DNA of 64,000 nt from Planctomycetota bacterium (GCA_038212275.1 JBBQUR010000019.1:34627-98626); one strand, 5' to 3'. Counted from the first letter of the stretch, positions 8,576-19,229 are shown. Translations and numbers: made by a program. Notes: a model not told the origin generated them from the sequence alone.

Positions 8576-10483
8576 TCAGGGCAGGACAGCCTTCAGGCCG
8601 TTGGATCCCGCAGGACCGTTCGGCCCGCCGGCGTTCGGGAACCACGCCTGGAACCACACATTGAGCCCCGAGGGCAGGCCTGCAGGCCACGGCACGACGA
8701 AGCCGAGCTTGCCGGTCGGGTCGGTGACGATGTCGAGCAGGAAAGACGGCGTCGGGACGAGCGTGCCACCCTTGAACGGGGAGTTGATGGCGCTGAGGCC
8801 GAGGATGAGCGTCCCGGGTGCGCTCAGCGGGGCGCCGTCCAGCGTGATCGACGTCGGAGCGGCGGGGAGCAGCGTGCCTTCGCCGTTGAGCGTGATCGGG
8901 CCGAGGGTGCCATCGACACCGCCGCCGACCATCGTCCAGCGCGTGGAGATGGTGAGGTTCTGATCCACGGCCACGTTCTTCAGCGTCGTCGTGGTTCCGT
9001 CGTTCCACTCGACGGTGAGGCTGTCGATCAGCGTCTCGGCGCCGAGGCCGAAGTGGACCTTCAGCTCGCTGGAGCTCTGGTCGTTGTCGCCGCCGAAGAG
9101 GAAGCCTGTCTGGGTGATGCCTCCGGCGGTCAGGCGCACGGTCGAGCCGTAGCCGTGCTGCGCGAGGCCTGCGTCCGCGTCCGTGTCCAGCGCGACGCGG
9201 AGCCAGTGCTTGTTGGGGCCGGAGAGATCATTGCGCCAGAGTTGCGCCTTCTCGTTGTTGGCGAACACGATGAGGTCCTGGTCGCCGTCGTTGTCGTAGT
9301 CGAAGTTCACCAGGCCGCGGCCCTGGCCGAGGTGATTGAAGCCGGCGGCCACGGAGCTCTCCGTGAAGCTTCCGTTGCCCTGGTTCAGCCAGAGCCTGGA
9401 GCGCTCGTTCACCCACTCGTTGTCCCACTGAGCGCCGTTCGTTTCCGCGATGTCCAGCCAGCGGTCGTGGTTGAAATCCACAGCCACCGAGCCCCAGCCG
9501 TATCCACCGTCGTTCACGCCGGCCGCGGCGGCGATCTGGCTGTAGGTGTGCGTTCCGTTGTTCTGGTAGAGCTTGTTGCCCGTCCACGTGGGCTGAACGA
9601 TGACGGAGTGGATCGAGTCCACGTACCAGTCGGGCAGGCCGTCGCGGTTCCAGTCGCCGACGCTGCCACCCATGCCGTTCTCGTCCTTGCCCGTGCCGGA
9701 CTGCAGCGTGTAGTTGGTGAAGGTCCCGTTGCCGTTGTTGCGCAAGTACTTGCTCGTCCCGAAGTCGCCTGAGATGAGCAGCTCCGGATATTTGTCGCCG
9801 TTCATGTCGGCGAAGCGCGTCGCGAAGCCGAAGACGCCTGCCACGAAGCCGACGAGGTTGGAGGACGAGGTGGCGTCCGTGAACGTGCCGTCATTGTTGT
9901 TTCGGTACAGCCGGTTCTTGTGGGAGTTGAAGCCCGTGACGAACAGGTCGAGGTCGCCGTCGAGGTCGTAGTCGCCGAAGCAGCAACCGAAGGAGTCCAC
10001 CGCCGTGCCCGGGACGCCGGCTGCAGCCGCCATGTCCACGAAGCCCGTGCCGGCAAGATTTCGATAGAGCTTGTTCTGGCCGGCCTGTCCGGCGCCACTC
10101 GCGCCCGCGCTGCCGACGTAGACGTCCAGCCAGCCGTCGCCGTCGTAGTCGCCCACCGCGATGGACGTCCCGCGATGCACCGTCGTGAGGCCCCAGGCGG
10201 CGCCGCTCTCGGCAAAGGTGCCGTCACCATTGTTGATGTACAGGCGGTCCGCGCCATTGGCCCCGCCGCCGCTGAGGATGAAGAGGTCCTCGAAGCCGTC
10301 GCGATTGAAGTCGCCGCTCGCGCCCGCAGCCATGTACTCGGACGAGATGAAGGTCCCGGGGAGATACTTCACGTCGATGCCGGCGGCGAGCGTCTGGTTC
10401 GAGAAGCTGAGCGTCGGGGACTGTGCAGATGCCGATCCGGCCAGGCCCGCAGACAGAAGGGCGACAACAACGGAGGTACGCAT
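8576..10483 (-). CDS. Secreted CRTAC1-family protein (FG-GAP repeats + ASPIC/UnbV) with a C-terminal beta domain
   Basis: GGAG RBS, signal peptide MRTSVVVALLSAGLAGSASA, DxxxDGxxD repeats, VHFGLG...VEWNDG UnbV motif. Confidence 0.9.
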   Translation of the reverse strand: MRTSVVVALLSAGLAGSASAQSPTLSFSNQTLAAGIDVKYLPGTFISSEYMAAGASGDFNRDGFEDLFILSGGGANGADRLYINNGDGTFAESGAAWGLTTVHRGTSIAVGDYDGDGWLDVYVGSAGASGAGQAGQNKLYRNLAGTGFVDMAAAAGVPGTAVDSFGCCFGDYDLDGDLDLFVTGFNSHKNRLYRNNNDGTFTDATSSSNLVGFVAGVFGFATRFADMNGDKYPELLISGDFGTSKYLRNNGNGTFTNYTLQSGTGKDENGMGGSVGDWNRDGLPDWYVDSIHSVIVQPTWTGNKLYQNNGTHTYSQIAAAAGVNDGGYGWGSVAVDFNHDRWLDIAETNGAQWDNEWVNERSRLWLNQGNGSFTESSVAAGFNHLGQGRGLVNFDYDNDGDQDLIVFANNEKAQLWRNDLSGPNKHWLRVALDTDADAGLAQHGYGSTVRLTAGGITQTGFLFGGDNDQSSSELKVHFGLGAETLIDSLTVEWNDGTTTTLKNVAVDQNLTISTRWTMVGGGVDGTLGPITLNGEGTLLPAAPTSITLDGAPLSAPGTLILGLSAINSPFKGGTLVPTPSFLLDIVTDPTGKLGFVVPWPAGLPSGLNVWFQAWFPNAGGPNGPAGSNGLKAVLP

Positions 10484-10705
10484 GAAACAGCTCCATCTGG
10501 GCTGAGATACAGGGGCAACAGGACCACGGGGGAGGCGCGACAGCTTAGCACCGATTGCAAAGCGCAGCCGCGTGTCCGTGGTTTGAATCAAACCGACCGT
10601 TCTTTCATTCGCGATCGATGCCGCGGTCCACGACGGTTCGCGACGATTCATGAATCAGCGCGAATCAGCGCGCGCGACAGGTTTCGACTTCGACGTGGCC
10701 GTGCT

Positions 10706-11110
10706 TCACGCCGCAGCCGGTTCGCCGGCGGCGGCGCGGAAGTCCGCGGGAATCGGTGTCGACCCTCTCTCGTCGTGGAAGACCATGACGGTGAGAGCCT
10801 CGGCACAGAGCGCATCGCCCCGCTGCATCCGCTGTCGGAAGCGCACGCTGCTGCGCCCGAAGCCGACCACGGCCGTTTGCACGGTGACCGTGTCGCCAAG
10901 CTGAACCGAGAGTCGGAAGTCCACCTCCGTGCGGGCCACCACGAACCACTGCCTGCGATCCGCGAAACCGTCGTAGGAGAAACCCAGCGAAATCAGCCAC
11001 TCGAGGCGCGCCTGCTCGAACCAGCCCAGGTACACGCCGTTGTTCAGGTGGCGGTAGCTGTCCAGCTCGTAGCTGCGCGAGGTGAAGTTCGAATCATGGA
11101 CGTGTGACAT
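10706..11110 (-). CDS. Acyl-CoA thioesterase (4HBT/YbgC-FadM hotdog family)
   Basis: ELDSYRHLNNGVYLGWFEQAR motif. Confidence 0.9.
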   Translation of the reverse strand: MSHVHDSNFTSRSYELDSYRHLNNGVYLGWFEQARLEWLISLGFSYDGFADRRQWFVVARTEVDFRLSVQLGDTVTVQTAVVGFGRSSVRFRQRMQRGDALCAEALTVMVFHDERGSTPIPADFRAAAGEPAAA

Positions 11111-11183
11111 GTGCGGCGGATTGTAGCGGCCGGCTGGACTCGCGTATCGTCTCCGGCCCGTCGCACCGGAGGACAGACCCGCC

Positions 11184-11738
11184 GTGAAATTTCTGCAGAC
11201 AGCTCTGCCAGGCGTCCTGCTCGTCGAGCCCGACGTGTGGCGCGACGAGCGCGGCTTCTTTCTCGAGAGCTACCACGCGGGCAAGTATCGCGACGGCGGG
11301 ATCCCGCTGCCGTTCGTTCAGGACAACCACAGCCGCAGCGCGCGCGGCACTCTGCGGGGCCTGCATGCGCAGTGGCGCAAGCCGCAGGGCAAGCTCGTGC
11401 GCGTGCTGCAGGGCGAGATCTTCGACGTGGCCGTAGACGTGAAGCCGGGCTCTCCGACTTTCGGCCAGTGGGTAGGTGCGACGCTCAACTCCGAAAACCA
11501 CCTGCAGATCTGGGTTCCGGCCGGACACCTTCACGGCTTCTGCGTGCTGAGCGAGACCGCCGAGGTCGAGTACAAGTGCACGGACGTCTACGATCCGGGC
11601 GGCGAGGTCGGCGTCGCGTGGAGCGACCCCGACATCGGCATCGAGTGGCCCGTGCGCACGCCGGTCCTCTCCGGCAAGGACGCCGCTGCTCCACTGTTGA
11701 AGGACGTTGCTTCGCTGCTCGAGAATTTCCGCTGCTGA
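11184..11738 (+). CDS. rfbC: dTDP-4-dehydrorhamnose 3,5-epimerase
   Basis: DERGFFLE, QDNHSRS, TLRGLH, HGFCVLS, YKC; GGAGG upstream. Confidence 0.95.
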   Translation: MKFLQTALPGVLLVEPDVWRDERGFFLESYHAGKYRDGGIPLPFVQDNHSRSARGTLRGLHAQWRKPQGKLVRVLQGEIFDVAVDVKPGSPTFGQWVGATLNSENHLQIWVPAGHLHGFCVLSETAEVEYKCTDVYDPGGEVGVAWSDPDIGIEWPVRTPVLSGKDAAAPLLKDVASLLENFRC

Positions 11739-11831
11739 GCCGCTGAACGCCGAGCCGCTGAAGCGTCGGCTGCGCAGGGCGCGGCACGACCGCCGCTGCG
11801 GGTCACGCTGACATCCGCAAGGAGTCTCGCC

Positions 11832-12770
11832 ATGGAAGGCATCCATCGCTTCGACGATCGCGTCGAGGACTACGAGCGCTACCGGCCGGGATATCCGGAC
11901 GCTGTGGCGGGCGTGCTGGCTGCCCGCGGCGTGGGAAATCCTGCCGACGTGGCCGACATCGGCGCGGGGACCGGCAAGCTGGCCGAGGTCTTCGTGCGCG
12001 CCGGCCACCGCGTCACGCTCATCGAACCCAACGACGCCATGCGCGCCGTCGCCGAGCGGCACTTCGCCGCGCCTCGGGGCGAAGTGCCCGGCAACGCGCA
12101 CGATGAGTTGCACGATGAGTTGCACGATGAGTTGCGCAGTGAGTTGCGCGGTGAGTTGCGCGGTGAGTTGCGCGGTGAGTTGCGCAGTGAGGCGCGCGGC
12201 GAAGTGCGCCGTGAGGTGCGCGGCGAGGTGCGCGGCGGTGATCGCGCCGTATCGCGCACGGTGAAGCGCGCCGTGGTGCGGGCCGGCACGGCCGAGGCCA
12301 CCGGCCTGCCGGACCGCAGCGTGGACGCGATCACCGCAGGACAGGCCTTCCACTGGTTCGATCGGCCGGCGAGCCGCCGCGAGTGGCTCCGCATCCTGCG
12401 CCCTGGCGGCGCGGTGCTGCTCATCTGGAACGAGCGGCGCACGGAGGGCAGCGGCGTGCTGGTGGACTACGAAGAGCTGCTCTGCAAGCACTGCCCCGAG
12501 TACGCGGAGGTGCAGCGCAACGGGCCGGGCGAGTCCGGCGTGCGCGCCTTCCTCGGCCCGTCCGCCGCGCTGACAGGCTTTCCCAACGAGCAGGTGCTCG
12601 ACTGGCAGAGCCTGCTCGGCCGCGCGATGTCCGCGTCGTACGTGCCGAAGAGGGGGCCGGCGCACGACGACTTCGTCGCGGGACTGAGGCGGTCCTTCGA
12701 ACGCCATGCGGTCGCGGACCGCGTGCACCTGCTCTACGACACGCGCGTCTTCCACGGCACGCTCGACTGA
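11832..12770 (+). CDS. Class I SAM-dependent methyltransferase with internal repeat insertion
   Basis: YERYRPGYP, DIGAGTGK, AGQAFHWFD, LRPGG; AAGGAG RBS. Confidence 0.9.
   Translation: MEGIHRFDDRVEDYERYRPGYPDAVAGVLAARGVGNPADVADIGAGTGKLAEVFVRAGHRVTLIEPNDAMRAVAERHFAAPRGEVPGNAHDELHDELHDELRSELRGELRGELRGELRSEARGEVRREVRGEVRGGDRAVSRTVKRAVVRAGTAEATGLPDRSVDAITAGQAFHWFDRPASRREWLRILRPGGAVLLIWNERRTEGSGVLVDYEELLCKHCPEYAEVQRNGPGESGVRAFLGPSAALTGFPNEQVLDWQSLLGRAMSASYVPKRGPAHDDFVAGLRRSFERHAVADRVHLLYDTRVFHGTLD
12075..12242. repeat. 12-bp in-frame tandem array (~14 units; HDEL/RGEL/RGEV)
   Basis: cacgatgagttg x3, cgc(a/g)gtgagttg x4, then degenerate cgcggcgaggtg-like units. Confidence 0.95.
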
Positions 12771-12776
12771 GCGCCC

Positions 12777-15335
12777 TCAGCTCCTGCGCGGCCGCGGCTT
12801 GACCGCGAGGTACTGGTCCGGCCACGGCTGGCTGTCCACGCCGTACTGCGCGGCGGCATCGAGCGTGAGATACGGATGCGAGAGGTGCGCGCGGGCAATC
12901 GCGCAAAGGTCCGCGCGGCCGGCGGCGAGCACAGTGTTCGCATGGTCCGCGCCCTGGATCGCGCCGACGGCCATCACCGCGAGGCCCGGCACTTCGTGGC
13001 GGATCCGGTCCGCGAACGGCACCTGGTACATGCGGCCGTACTCGATGACGCTTTCGGGCGAGTTGCCGCCCGACGAGACGTCGATGAGGTCGCAGCCGTG
13101 CTCGTGCAGCGCGCGCGCGATCACGACCGCGTCGTCGGCGGTGAGGCCCACGTCGTGGCCGGCCTTGTCCTTCCAGTCCGAGGCCGAGATGCGCACGGCC
13201 AGCGGCTTGTCGGCGGGCCACGCGGCGCGCACCGCGTCGAAGACCTCGAGCGGGAAGCGCAGGCGCTTGTCGAGGCTGCCGCCGTAGTCGTCGGTGCGCC
13301 TGTTGCTCGCGGGCGAGAGGAAGCTCGAGAGCAGGTAGCCGTGCGCCATGTGCAGCTCGATGAGATCGAAGCCCGCGGCCAGCGAGAGGCGCGTGCTGGC
13401 GACGAAGCCGTCGCGCACGCGGTCCATGTCGGCGCGATTCATTTCCTGCGGCGGCGGATCGCCCGGCTCGAACGGCAGCGCCGACGGGCCGATGGTCTGC
13501 CACGCGCGGCTGTCGCGCAGGGGCGCACCGCCCTCCCAGCTGAGGTGGCAGCTGCCCTTGCGGCCCGCGTGCGCGAGTTGCACGCCGATGCGACTGGCCG
13601 AGTGCTCGTGCACGAAGGCCGTGATGCGAGCCCAGGCTGCGCGCTGCTCCTCGTTCCACAGGCCCGCGCAGCCGGGCGAGATGCGCCCGTCGGCGGAGAT
13701 GTTGGTCATCTCCGAGATGACGAGGCCTGCGCCGCCCACGGCGCGACTGCCGAGGTGCACCAGGTGCCAGTCGGTCGGCACGCCCTGCACGGCCGAATAC
13801 TGGCACATCGGCGAGACGACGATGCGATTGCCGAGCGCCAGGCCGCGCAGCCGGAAGGGCGCGAACATCGGCGGCGGCACCGGGCCGTCGGCAGCCGGCG
13901 CCGTCGGCACCCGCAACGCCGCAGCGGCGCGCACCGTGGCGTGGCCGGAGTCCGAGCCGCCCGCGGTGGCAGCGGGCGCCGGTGCGAAGCGCTGCGCGTC
14001 CTTCCAGAACCAGTTCGCGACCGCGGCGACGAGCGCCGGGTCCCGCAGCGCAAGATTGTCGAAGGTGATGCGCTTGCTGCGCGTCATGAGGTTGAAGGTG
14101 AATTGCAGTGGGTTCTGATCGATGTAGCGCGCGGAGTTCTCGAACCACTCGAGCGAGGTCTGCGCGGCCTTCTGCACCTTCAGCACGTCGAGCCGGCGCG
14201 CGCTCTCGTACGCGGCGAGGATCTCCGGCACGTCGGCCGCCGCGGGCGCCGCGAACTGCGCGGACGCAGCCGCCGTGCCCGGCGCACCCGGCGCACACGC
14301 GGCAAGCGGCGCGCCGCCCGCGCCAGCAGCACCAGCTGCGCCAGCTGCGCCAGTTGCGCCAGTTGCACCAGCAGCACCAGCAGCGCCAGCAGCGCCAGCA
14401 GGACTGCCCCCACCGACGGCGCCACCCGCGCCGGCATGCCCGCGGAAGGCGTCGAGCAGCGCGATCGCGTCTTCCATCGCGAGCTTGGTGCCCGAGCCGA
14501 TGGAGAAGTGGGCGGTGTGCGCCGCGTCGCCCACGAGCACCATGTTGCGGTGGTGCCAGGTGGCGTTGGTGACCGTGGGGAAGGCGCGCCAGATCGAGCG
14601 GTTGGCGAGCAGCTTGTGGCCGCCGAGGTCCTGCGCGAAGAGCCGTTCGCAATAGGCGATCGTCTCGGCTTCGCTGGCGGCATCGAGGCCTGCGCGCCGC
14701 CAGGTGTCCTCATGGCATTCGACGATGAAGGTGCTGAGGTCCTTCTGGAAAGGATAGGCGTGCACCTGGAAGAGCCCGTGCTCGCTCTCCCGGAAGATGA
14801 AGGTGAAAGCCGAGAGCGGCTTGTCCGTGCCCAGCCAGCAGAAGCGCGCGCTGCGCCAGTCGATCGTCGGGCGGAAATGCTCGACGAACTCGGTGCGCAG
14901 CAGACTGTTGAGGCCGTCGGCTGCGAGCACGAGGTCGGCGCCCGCCACGTCGGACGCGCTGCGGATCTCGCGCTGGAAGTGCAGTCGGACGCCCAGGTCC
15001 GTGCAGCGCTTCTGGAAGATCTGCAGCAGCTTCTTGCGCGACAGGCCGCAGAAGCCGTGGCCGGTGGAGCGCACGCAGGTGCCGCCGTACCAGGTCTCGA
15101 TGTCGCCCCACGTGGCGAGGTGACGGCGGATCTCGGCGAAGCTCTCCGGATCGGCGCGCTCGAAGTTCCCCAGCGTCTCGTCGCTGAACACGACGCCCCA
15201 GCCGAAGGTGTCGTCCGGCGCGTTGCGCTCGAAGACGTCGATCTCGACGCCGGGAAAGGCCTGCTTCATGAGCAGACTGAAGTAGAGGCCGGAGGGGCCG
15301 CCGCCGGCGGACACGATGGAAAAGGGCTTGGTCAC
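12777..15335 (-). CDS. Bifunctional salicylyl-CoA 5-hydroxylase / anthraniloyl-CoA monooxygenase-type enzyme (FAD monooxygenase + OYE-like NADH:flavin oxidoreductase)
   Basis: [39 protein letters not shown]-terminal [32 protein letters not shown]. Confidence 0.92.
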   Translation of the reverse strand: MTKPFSIVSAGGGPSGLYFSLLMKQAFPGVEIDVFERNAPDDTFGWGVVFSDETLGNFERADPESFAEIRRHLATWGDIETWYGGTCVRSTGHGFCGLSRKKLLQIFQKRCTDLGVRLHFQREIRSASDVAGADLVLAADGLNSLLRTEFVEHFRPTIDWRSARFCWLGTDKPLSAFTFIFRESEHGLFQVHAYPFQKDLSTFIVECHEDTWRRAGLDAASEAETIAYCERLFAQDLGGHKLLANRSIWRAFPTVTNATWHHRNMVLVGDAAHTAHFSIGSGTKLAMEDAIALLDAFRGHAGAGGAVGGGSPAGAAGAAGAAGATGATGAAGAAGAAGAGGAPLAACAPGAPGTAAASAQFAAPAAADVPEILAAYESARRLDVLKVQKAAQTSLEWFENSARYIDQNPLQFTFNLMTRSKRITFDNLALRDPALVAAVANWFWKDAQRFAPAPAATAGGSDSGHATVRAAAALRVPTAPAADGPVPPPMFAPFRLRGLALGNRIVVSPMCQYSAVQGVPTDWHLVHLGSRAVGGAGLVISEMTNISADGRISPGCAGLWNEEQRAAWARITAFVHEHSASRIGVQLAHAGRKGSCHLSWEGGAPLRDSRAWQTIGPSALPFEPGDPPPQEMNRADMDRVRDGFVASTRLSLAAGFDLIELHMAHGYLLSSFLSPASNRRTDDYGGSLDKRLRFPLEVFDAVRAAWPADKPLAVRISASDWKDKAGHDVGLTADDAVVIARALHEHGCDLIDVSSGGNSPESVIEYGRMYQVPFADRIRHEVPGLAVMAVGAIQGADHANTVLAAGRADLCAIARAHLSHPYLTLDAAAQYGVDSQPWPDQYLAVKPRPRRS
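14320..14400. repeat. 9-bp in-frame tandem array (9 units, Gly-Ala-Ala/Thr)
   Basis: gc(g/a)ccag(ca/ct/tt) x9 on the + strand. Confidence 0.95.
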
Positions 15336-15495
15336 GGCGGCAGATGTTACCCAAGGCACGCGCGGATCCCGTCGCGACTCCGCCGCCGCGCCGCCCTGCT
15401 GTCCCGCTGCCGCCGTGCCGATGTCCGCGCGGCGGCATTCCCCCCGGCGGAAAGTCAGGTGCGCCCGGGCGCGGCCGGGGGAATAATGTGGCTCC

Positions 15496-16995
15496 ATGGA
15501 ATTCCAGCAGTTCTATCTCGGGTGTCTTGCGCAGGGCAGCTACCTCGTGGGCGACAAGCCCGACACTGTGGCGAGCCCCGCGAGCCCCGCGAGCCCCGCG
15601 AGCCCTGCGAGTGCCACGAGTGCCACGAGTGCCGCGAGTGCCGCCGGCGCTCACGGCGCCGCGATGGGTGAGTGTGCGATCGTCGATCCGCGCCGCGACG
15701 TGGACCTCTACATCGAGGCCGCGGCGGCCCGCGGGCTGGTCATCACGCACATCATCGAGACGCACCTGCACGCGGACTTCGTCTCGGGCCACGTGGAATT
15801 GGCGCGGCGCACCGGCGCGACGATCCACATCGGCCACCGCGCCGGCGCGTCGTTCCCGCACGTGCCGGCGCATGACGGCGACGAAATCGTGCTCGGCCGC
15901 GTCGTGCTTCGCTTCCTGATGACGCCGGGGCACACGCCCGAAAGCCTCTGCGTGCTCGTGCTCGAGGGCGGCGCGCCCGTCGCGGTGCTCACGGGGGACA
16001 CGCTCTTCATCGGCGACGTCGGCAGGCCCGACCTGGTGTCGAGCAAGGGCTTCTCGGCGCAGCAGATGGCCGGGATGCTCTACGACTCGCTGCGCGACAA
16101 GCTGGCGCCGCTGCCGGACGACGTCCTCGTGTACCCGGCGCACGGCGCGGGTTCCGCGTGCGGCAAGAACATCAGCAAGGCGCTCTCGTCCACGCTGGGC
16201 GAGCAGAAGGCGCTGAACTGGGCGCTGCAGCCGATGACGCGCGAGGCCTTCATCGAGCGCTCGACGGCCGGCCTCCCGCCCTCGCCGCCGTACTTCGCGC
16301 ATGACGCGGAGCAGAATCGTGCCGGCGCGACGCCGCTGTCGGACCTGGTTGCACCGCCGCCGCTGTCGCCGGAGGCCGTGCAGCGCGCGCAGGCAGCCGG
16401 CGCCTTCGTGCTGGACGTGCGCGAGAAGGAGGCCTACGGCGCGGGCCACGTGCCGGGCTCGCTGAACATCGGACTCACCGGCTCCTTCGCGCCGTGGGCC
16501 GGAACGCTGCTGCCGCTCGATGCGCCGCTCATCCTGGTGGCGGACGGTGCCGGGGCCGTCGCCGAGGCGCGGATGCGGCTTGCGCGGGTCGGCCTGTCGG
16601 ACGTGGCCGGCTTCCTCGACGGCGGCGTGACGGCGTGGTCCTCGGCGCAGCGGCCGCTCACGGCACTGCCGCAGCTCCCGGTGGAAGCGCTGCGCGCTCG
16701 CCTCGCGGGAGACCGCGCATTGCTCGTGCTGGACGTGCGCGGCCCGGGCGAACACGAGGCGGGCCATGTGCCCGGCGCACTCAACATCCCGCTCCCGCAA
16801 CTCCGGGAGCGACTCGCGGAGCTGGACCGATCGCGCCCGACGGCCGTCGTCTGCCAGAGCGCCTACCGCAGCAGCGCCGCGTGCGGCTTGCTGGAACGCG
16901 CCGGCTTCCGCAAGCTGTACAACGTGGCCGGCGGGACGCAGGCCTGGATCGCCGCGGGCTTTGAAACGGGCCGGGTGGAAACCGCATCAAGCTGA
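15496..16995 (+). CDS. MBL-fold metallo-hydrolase fused to two rhodanese domains (persulfide dioxygenase/sulfurtransferase-like)
   Basis: ETHLHADFVSG, TPGHTPE, TGDTLFIGDVGRPDL, two GHVPG motifs, active-site loop CQSAYRS. Confidence 0.92.
   Translation: MEFQQFYLGCLAQGSYLVGDKPDTVASPASPASPASPASATSATSAASAAGAHGAAMGECAIVDPRRDVDLYIEAAAARGLVITHIIETHLHADFVSGHVELARRTGATIHIGHRAGASFPHVPAHDGDEIVLGRVVLRFLMTPGHTPESLCVLVLEGGAPVAVLTGDTLFIGDVGRPDLVSSKGFSAQQMAGMLYDSLRDKLAPLPDDVLVYPAHGAGSACGKNISKALSSTLGEQKALNWALQPMTREAFIERSTAGLPPSPPYFAHDAEQNRAGATPLSDLVAPPPLSPEAVQRAQAAGAFVLDVREKEAYGAGHVPGSLNIGLTGSFAPWAGTLLPLDAPLILVADGAGAVAEARMRLARVGLSDVAGFLDGGVTAWSSAQRPLTALPQLPVEALRARLAGDRALLVLDVRGPGEHEAGHVPGALNIPLPQLRERLAELDRSRPTAVVCQSAYRSSAACGLLERAGFRKLYNVAGGTQAWIAAGFETGRVETASS
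15571..15642. repeat. 9-bp in-frame tandem array (8 units, ASP/TSA/ASA)
   Basis: gcgagccc(c/t) x4 followed by (g/a)cgagtgcc x4. Confidence 0.95.
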
Positions 16996-17076
16996 GTCGA
17001 GGCCGAGTTGCGTTCGCCGCGTCGTGCTCGACGGAGCGCGGGCCACGGACCGCAGACCCCAGGGAGAGCACACCGC

Positions 17077-17847
17077 GTGACACGGTCGTCGGACGGGCTC
17101 GCGGACATCCGCCACGAGACGGGGCGCTACAGCGTGCGGATCGCGCGGAACGATCGCGATGTGCGCCGAGCGCAGGAGCTCCGCTTCGAGGTCTTCAACC
17201 GCGAGCTGAACGAGGGCCTCGCCGTGTCCTGGGAGAAGGGCTACGACGAGGATGTCTTCGACGCCCCCTGCGACCACCTGCTCGTGGAGCACATGGATAC
17301 CGGCGCGTGCGTCGGGACTTATCGCGTGCAGGCCACGCGCCGCGTCGTCGACCCGCCGGGCCTGTACACGGCCGGTGAGTTCGACCTGTCCAGCCTTGCC
17401 CCGCTGGTTCCGCAAGCCGTCGAGACGGGCCGCGCGTGCATCCACAAGGACCACCGCAACACGCGCGTGCTGCAGCTCCTGTGGATGGGCCTCGGCAGCT
17501 ACATGCTCGCCAACGAGGCGCGCTACCTGTTCGGCTGCTGCTCGCTGACCTCGCAGGATCCCGAGGAGGGCAAGGCCGCGTGGCGCTACCTGCGCGACGA
17601 AGGCCACCTGCACCCGACGCTGGTCGCGCCGCCGCGCGCGGAGTATCTGTGCTTTCCGGCGGGCGCGGCGGCCGCTCCGGGGCCCGTCGCGCGCGGCGTG
17701 CCGCCGCTCTTCGCGTCGTATCTGCGCATCGGCACCAGGGTCGTGGGCGAGCCGGCGCTCGACCGGCACTTCAAGACCATCGACTTCCTCGCGCTGCTCG
17801 ACCTCGCGGATCTCACCGAGGTGAATCGCAAGCGCTTTCTGCGTTGA
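17077..17847 (+). CDS. olsB: L-ornithine N-acyltransferase OlsB-like (GNAT, Acetyltransf_5)
   Basis: AQELRFEVF, DVFDAPCDHLLV, VGTYRV, ETGRACIH, YLFGC, PPLFASYLRIG, PALDRHFKTID. Confidence 0.8.
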   Translation: MTRSSDGLADIRHETGRYSVRIARNDRDVRRAQELRFEVFNRELNEGLAVSWEKGYDEDVFDAPCDHLLVEHMDTGACVGTYRVQATRRVVDPPGLYTAGEFDLSSLAPLVPQAVETGRACIHKDHRNTRVLQLLWMGLGSYMLANEARYLFGCCSLTSQDPEEGKAAWRYLRDEGHLHPTLVAPPRAEYLCFPAGAAAAPGPVARGVPPLFASYLRIGTRVVGEPALDRHFKTIDFLALLDLADLTEVNRKRFLR

Positions 17848-18677
17848 GCGGCCGGACGGGCGGATCGAGCGCGCCGCTGCGCGCCGGCACGCGCCTCGTG
17901 CTCGTGGTGCTGGCGTCGGTGGCGTTGGGTCTGCCCCTCGCGCCGCTGCGGCTCCTGGGGCTGCCGTTCGGGCGCCGTGGCCACGCGTTTTCACTGCGCA
18001 GCTGCCTGCGCGTGCAGCAAGCGTGGGGCCGGACCGTGCTGGCGATCATGGGCGTGACCGTGACGCGCCCGGCAGGCGCGCCGCCGCCGGGGTGCGTGAT
18101 CGTCAGCAACCACCTCAGCTATCTCGACATCCCGCTCATCGCGAGCATCGTGCCCTGCCGCTTCGTGTCCAAGGCGGAGGTCGCCCACTGGCCGCTGATG
18201 GGGCTGCTGGCCCGGCTCGCGTACGTGCTCTTCCTGGACCGAGGCCACAAGGGTGCCGTACCCGCCATAGGGCGCGACATTGCCGCGACGCTGGACCAAG
18301 GCGTCACCGTGACCTTTTTCCCGGAGGGCACCTCGACGCGCGGCGCGCAGGTGGAGCACTTTCACGCGGGCCTGCTCGAGCCGGCCGCTGCGCTGGACAT
18401 TCCCTGCGTGGCCGTCGCGCTGCACTACGACACGCCGGGTGACATCGAGCCGCCGTCGTGCACAATCTGCTGGTGGGGCGACACGACCTTCGGCCCGCAC
18501 GCCTGGAACCTGATGAAGATCCACCGCATCGAAGCCACCGTCCGCTGGTCCGATGTGCCGCTGCGCGGGGCCGACCGCAAGCTGCTGGCCAACGGCCTGC
18601 ACGCGCAGGTGGCGGCGATGTTCGTGCCGGTGCGCCAGGCGGCCGATGTCTCCCGGGAGCTGGCTGCCGCGCCATGA
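17844..18677 (+). CDS. olsA: Lysophospholipid acyltransferase, OlsA/PlsC family
   Basis: NHLSYLD, FVSKAEV, FFPEGT; TTG start overlaps the olsB-like stop. Confidence 0.75.
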   Translation: MSGRTGGSSAPLRAGTRLVLVVLASVALGLPLAPLRLLGLPFGRRGHAFSLRSCLRVQQAWGRTVLAIMGVTVTRPAGAPPPGCVIVSNHLSYLDIPLIASIVPCRFVSKAEVAHWPLMGLLARLAYVLFLDRGHKGAVPAIGRDIAATLDQGVTVTFFPEGTSTRGAQVEHFHAGLLEPAAALDIPCVAVALHYDTPGDIEPPSCTICWWGDTTFGPHAWNLMKIHRIEATVRWSDVPLRGADRKLLANGLHAQVAAMFVPVRQAADVSRELAAAP

Positions 18678-19222
18678 ACACGAGCTCGAACGTCGACCCG
18701 ATCGGCCCCAATATCGAGGTCCTGCAGCAGACGCTGTGGCTCCTCGAGGAGCTCGACGACAACCAGTACATCCACGTGGAAGCGCGGCTCTCGTCCGCGT
18801 CCATCGGTGCGCATGTGCGTCACAACCTCGATCATTACAGGCTCTTCCTCGCAGGCCTGCCGTCGCGGCTCATCGACTACGACGCGCGCGACCGTGACAC
18901 GCCGGTGGAGACCAACCGCAGCGCGGCGGCGGCCGCCGTGCGCAGCGCCATCGCGGGACTGTCCGCGCTGTCGCGCGAGTCGCTCGCCCAGGCCGTGCGC
19001 ATCCGCCAGCAGGGCAGTTACGAGCCCGGGCGCTTCGACGGCTGCGAGAGTCGCGTGGATCGCGAGCTGCTCTTCCTGCAGAGCCATGCCGTGCACCATC
19101 ACGCGCTCATCGCGGTGCTCGCCCGCGCGCAGGGCCTGCCGATTCCCGAGAGCTTCGGCATGGCGCCTTCCACCCTCGAGTGGTTGCAGCGGCACGCGAC
19201 GCTGCCCGCCGCGCGGAGCTGA
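18674..19222 (+). CDS. DinB-superfamily protein
   Basis: SIGAHVRH, IDYDARDR, RELLFLQSHAVHH, FGMAPST; ATGA overlap. Confidence 0.8.
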   Translation: MNTSSNVDPIGPNIEVLQQTLWLLEELDDNQYIHVEARLSSASIGAHVRHNLDHYRLFLAGLPSRLIDYDARDRDTPVETNRSAAAAAVRSAIAGLSALSRESLAQAVRIRQQGSYEPGRFDGCESRVDRELLFLQSHAVHHHALIAVLARAQGLPIPESFGMAPSTLEWLQRHATLPAARS

Positions 19223-19229
19223 GCACCGC

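Noticed and set aside
5178..8963. 1261-aa plus-strand ORF (also 2393-4753, 12876-15671, 22933-26457, 52549-53871)
   Set aside because: Antisense shadows of real genes, expected at this GC content; Arg/Ala-rich with no recognisable motifs.
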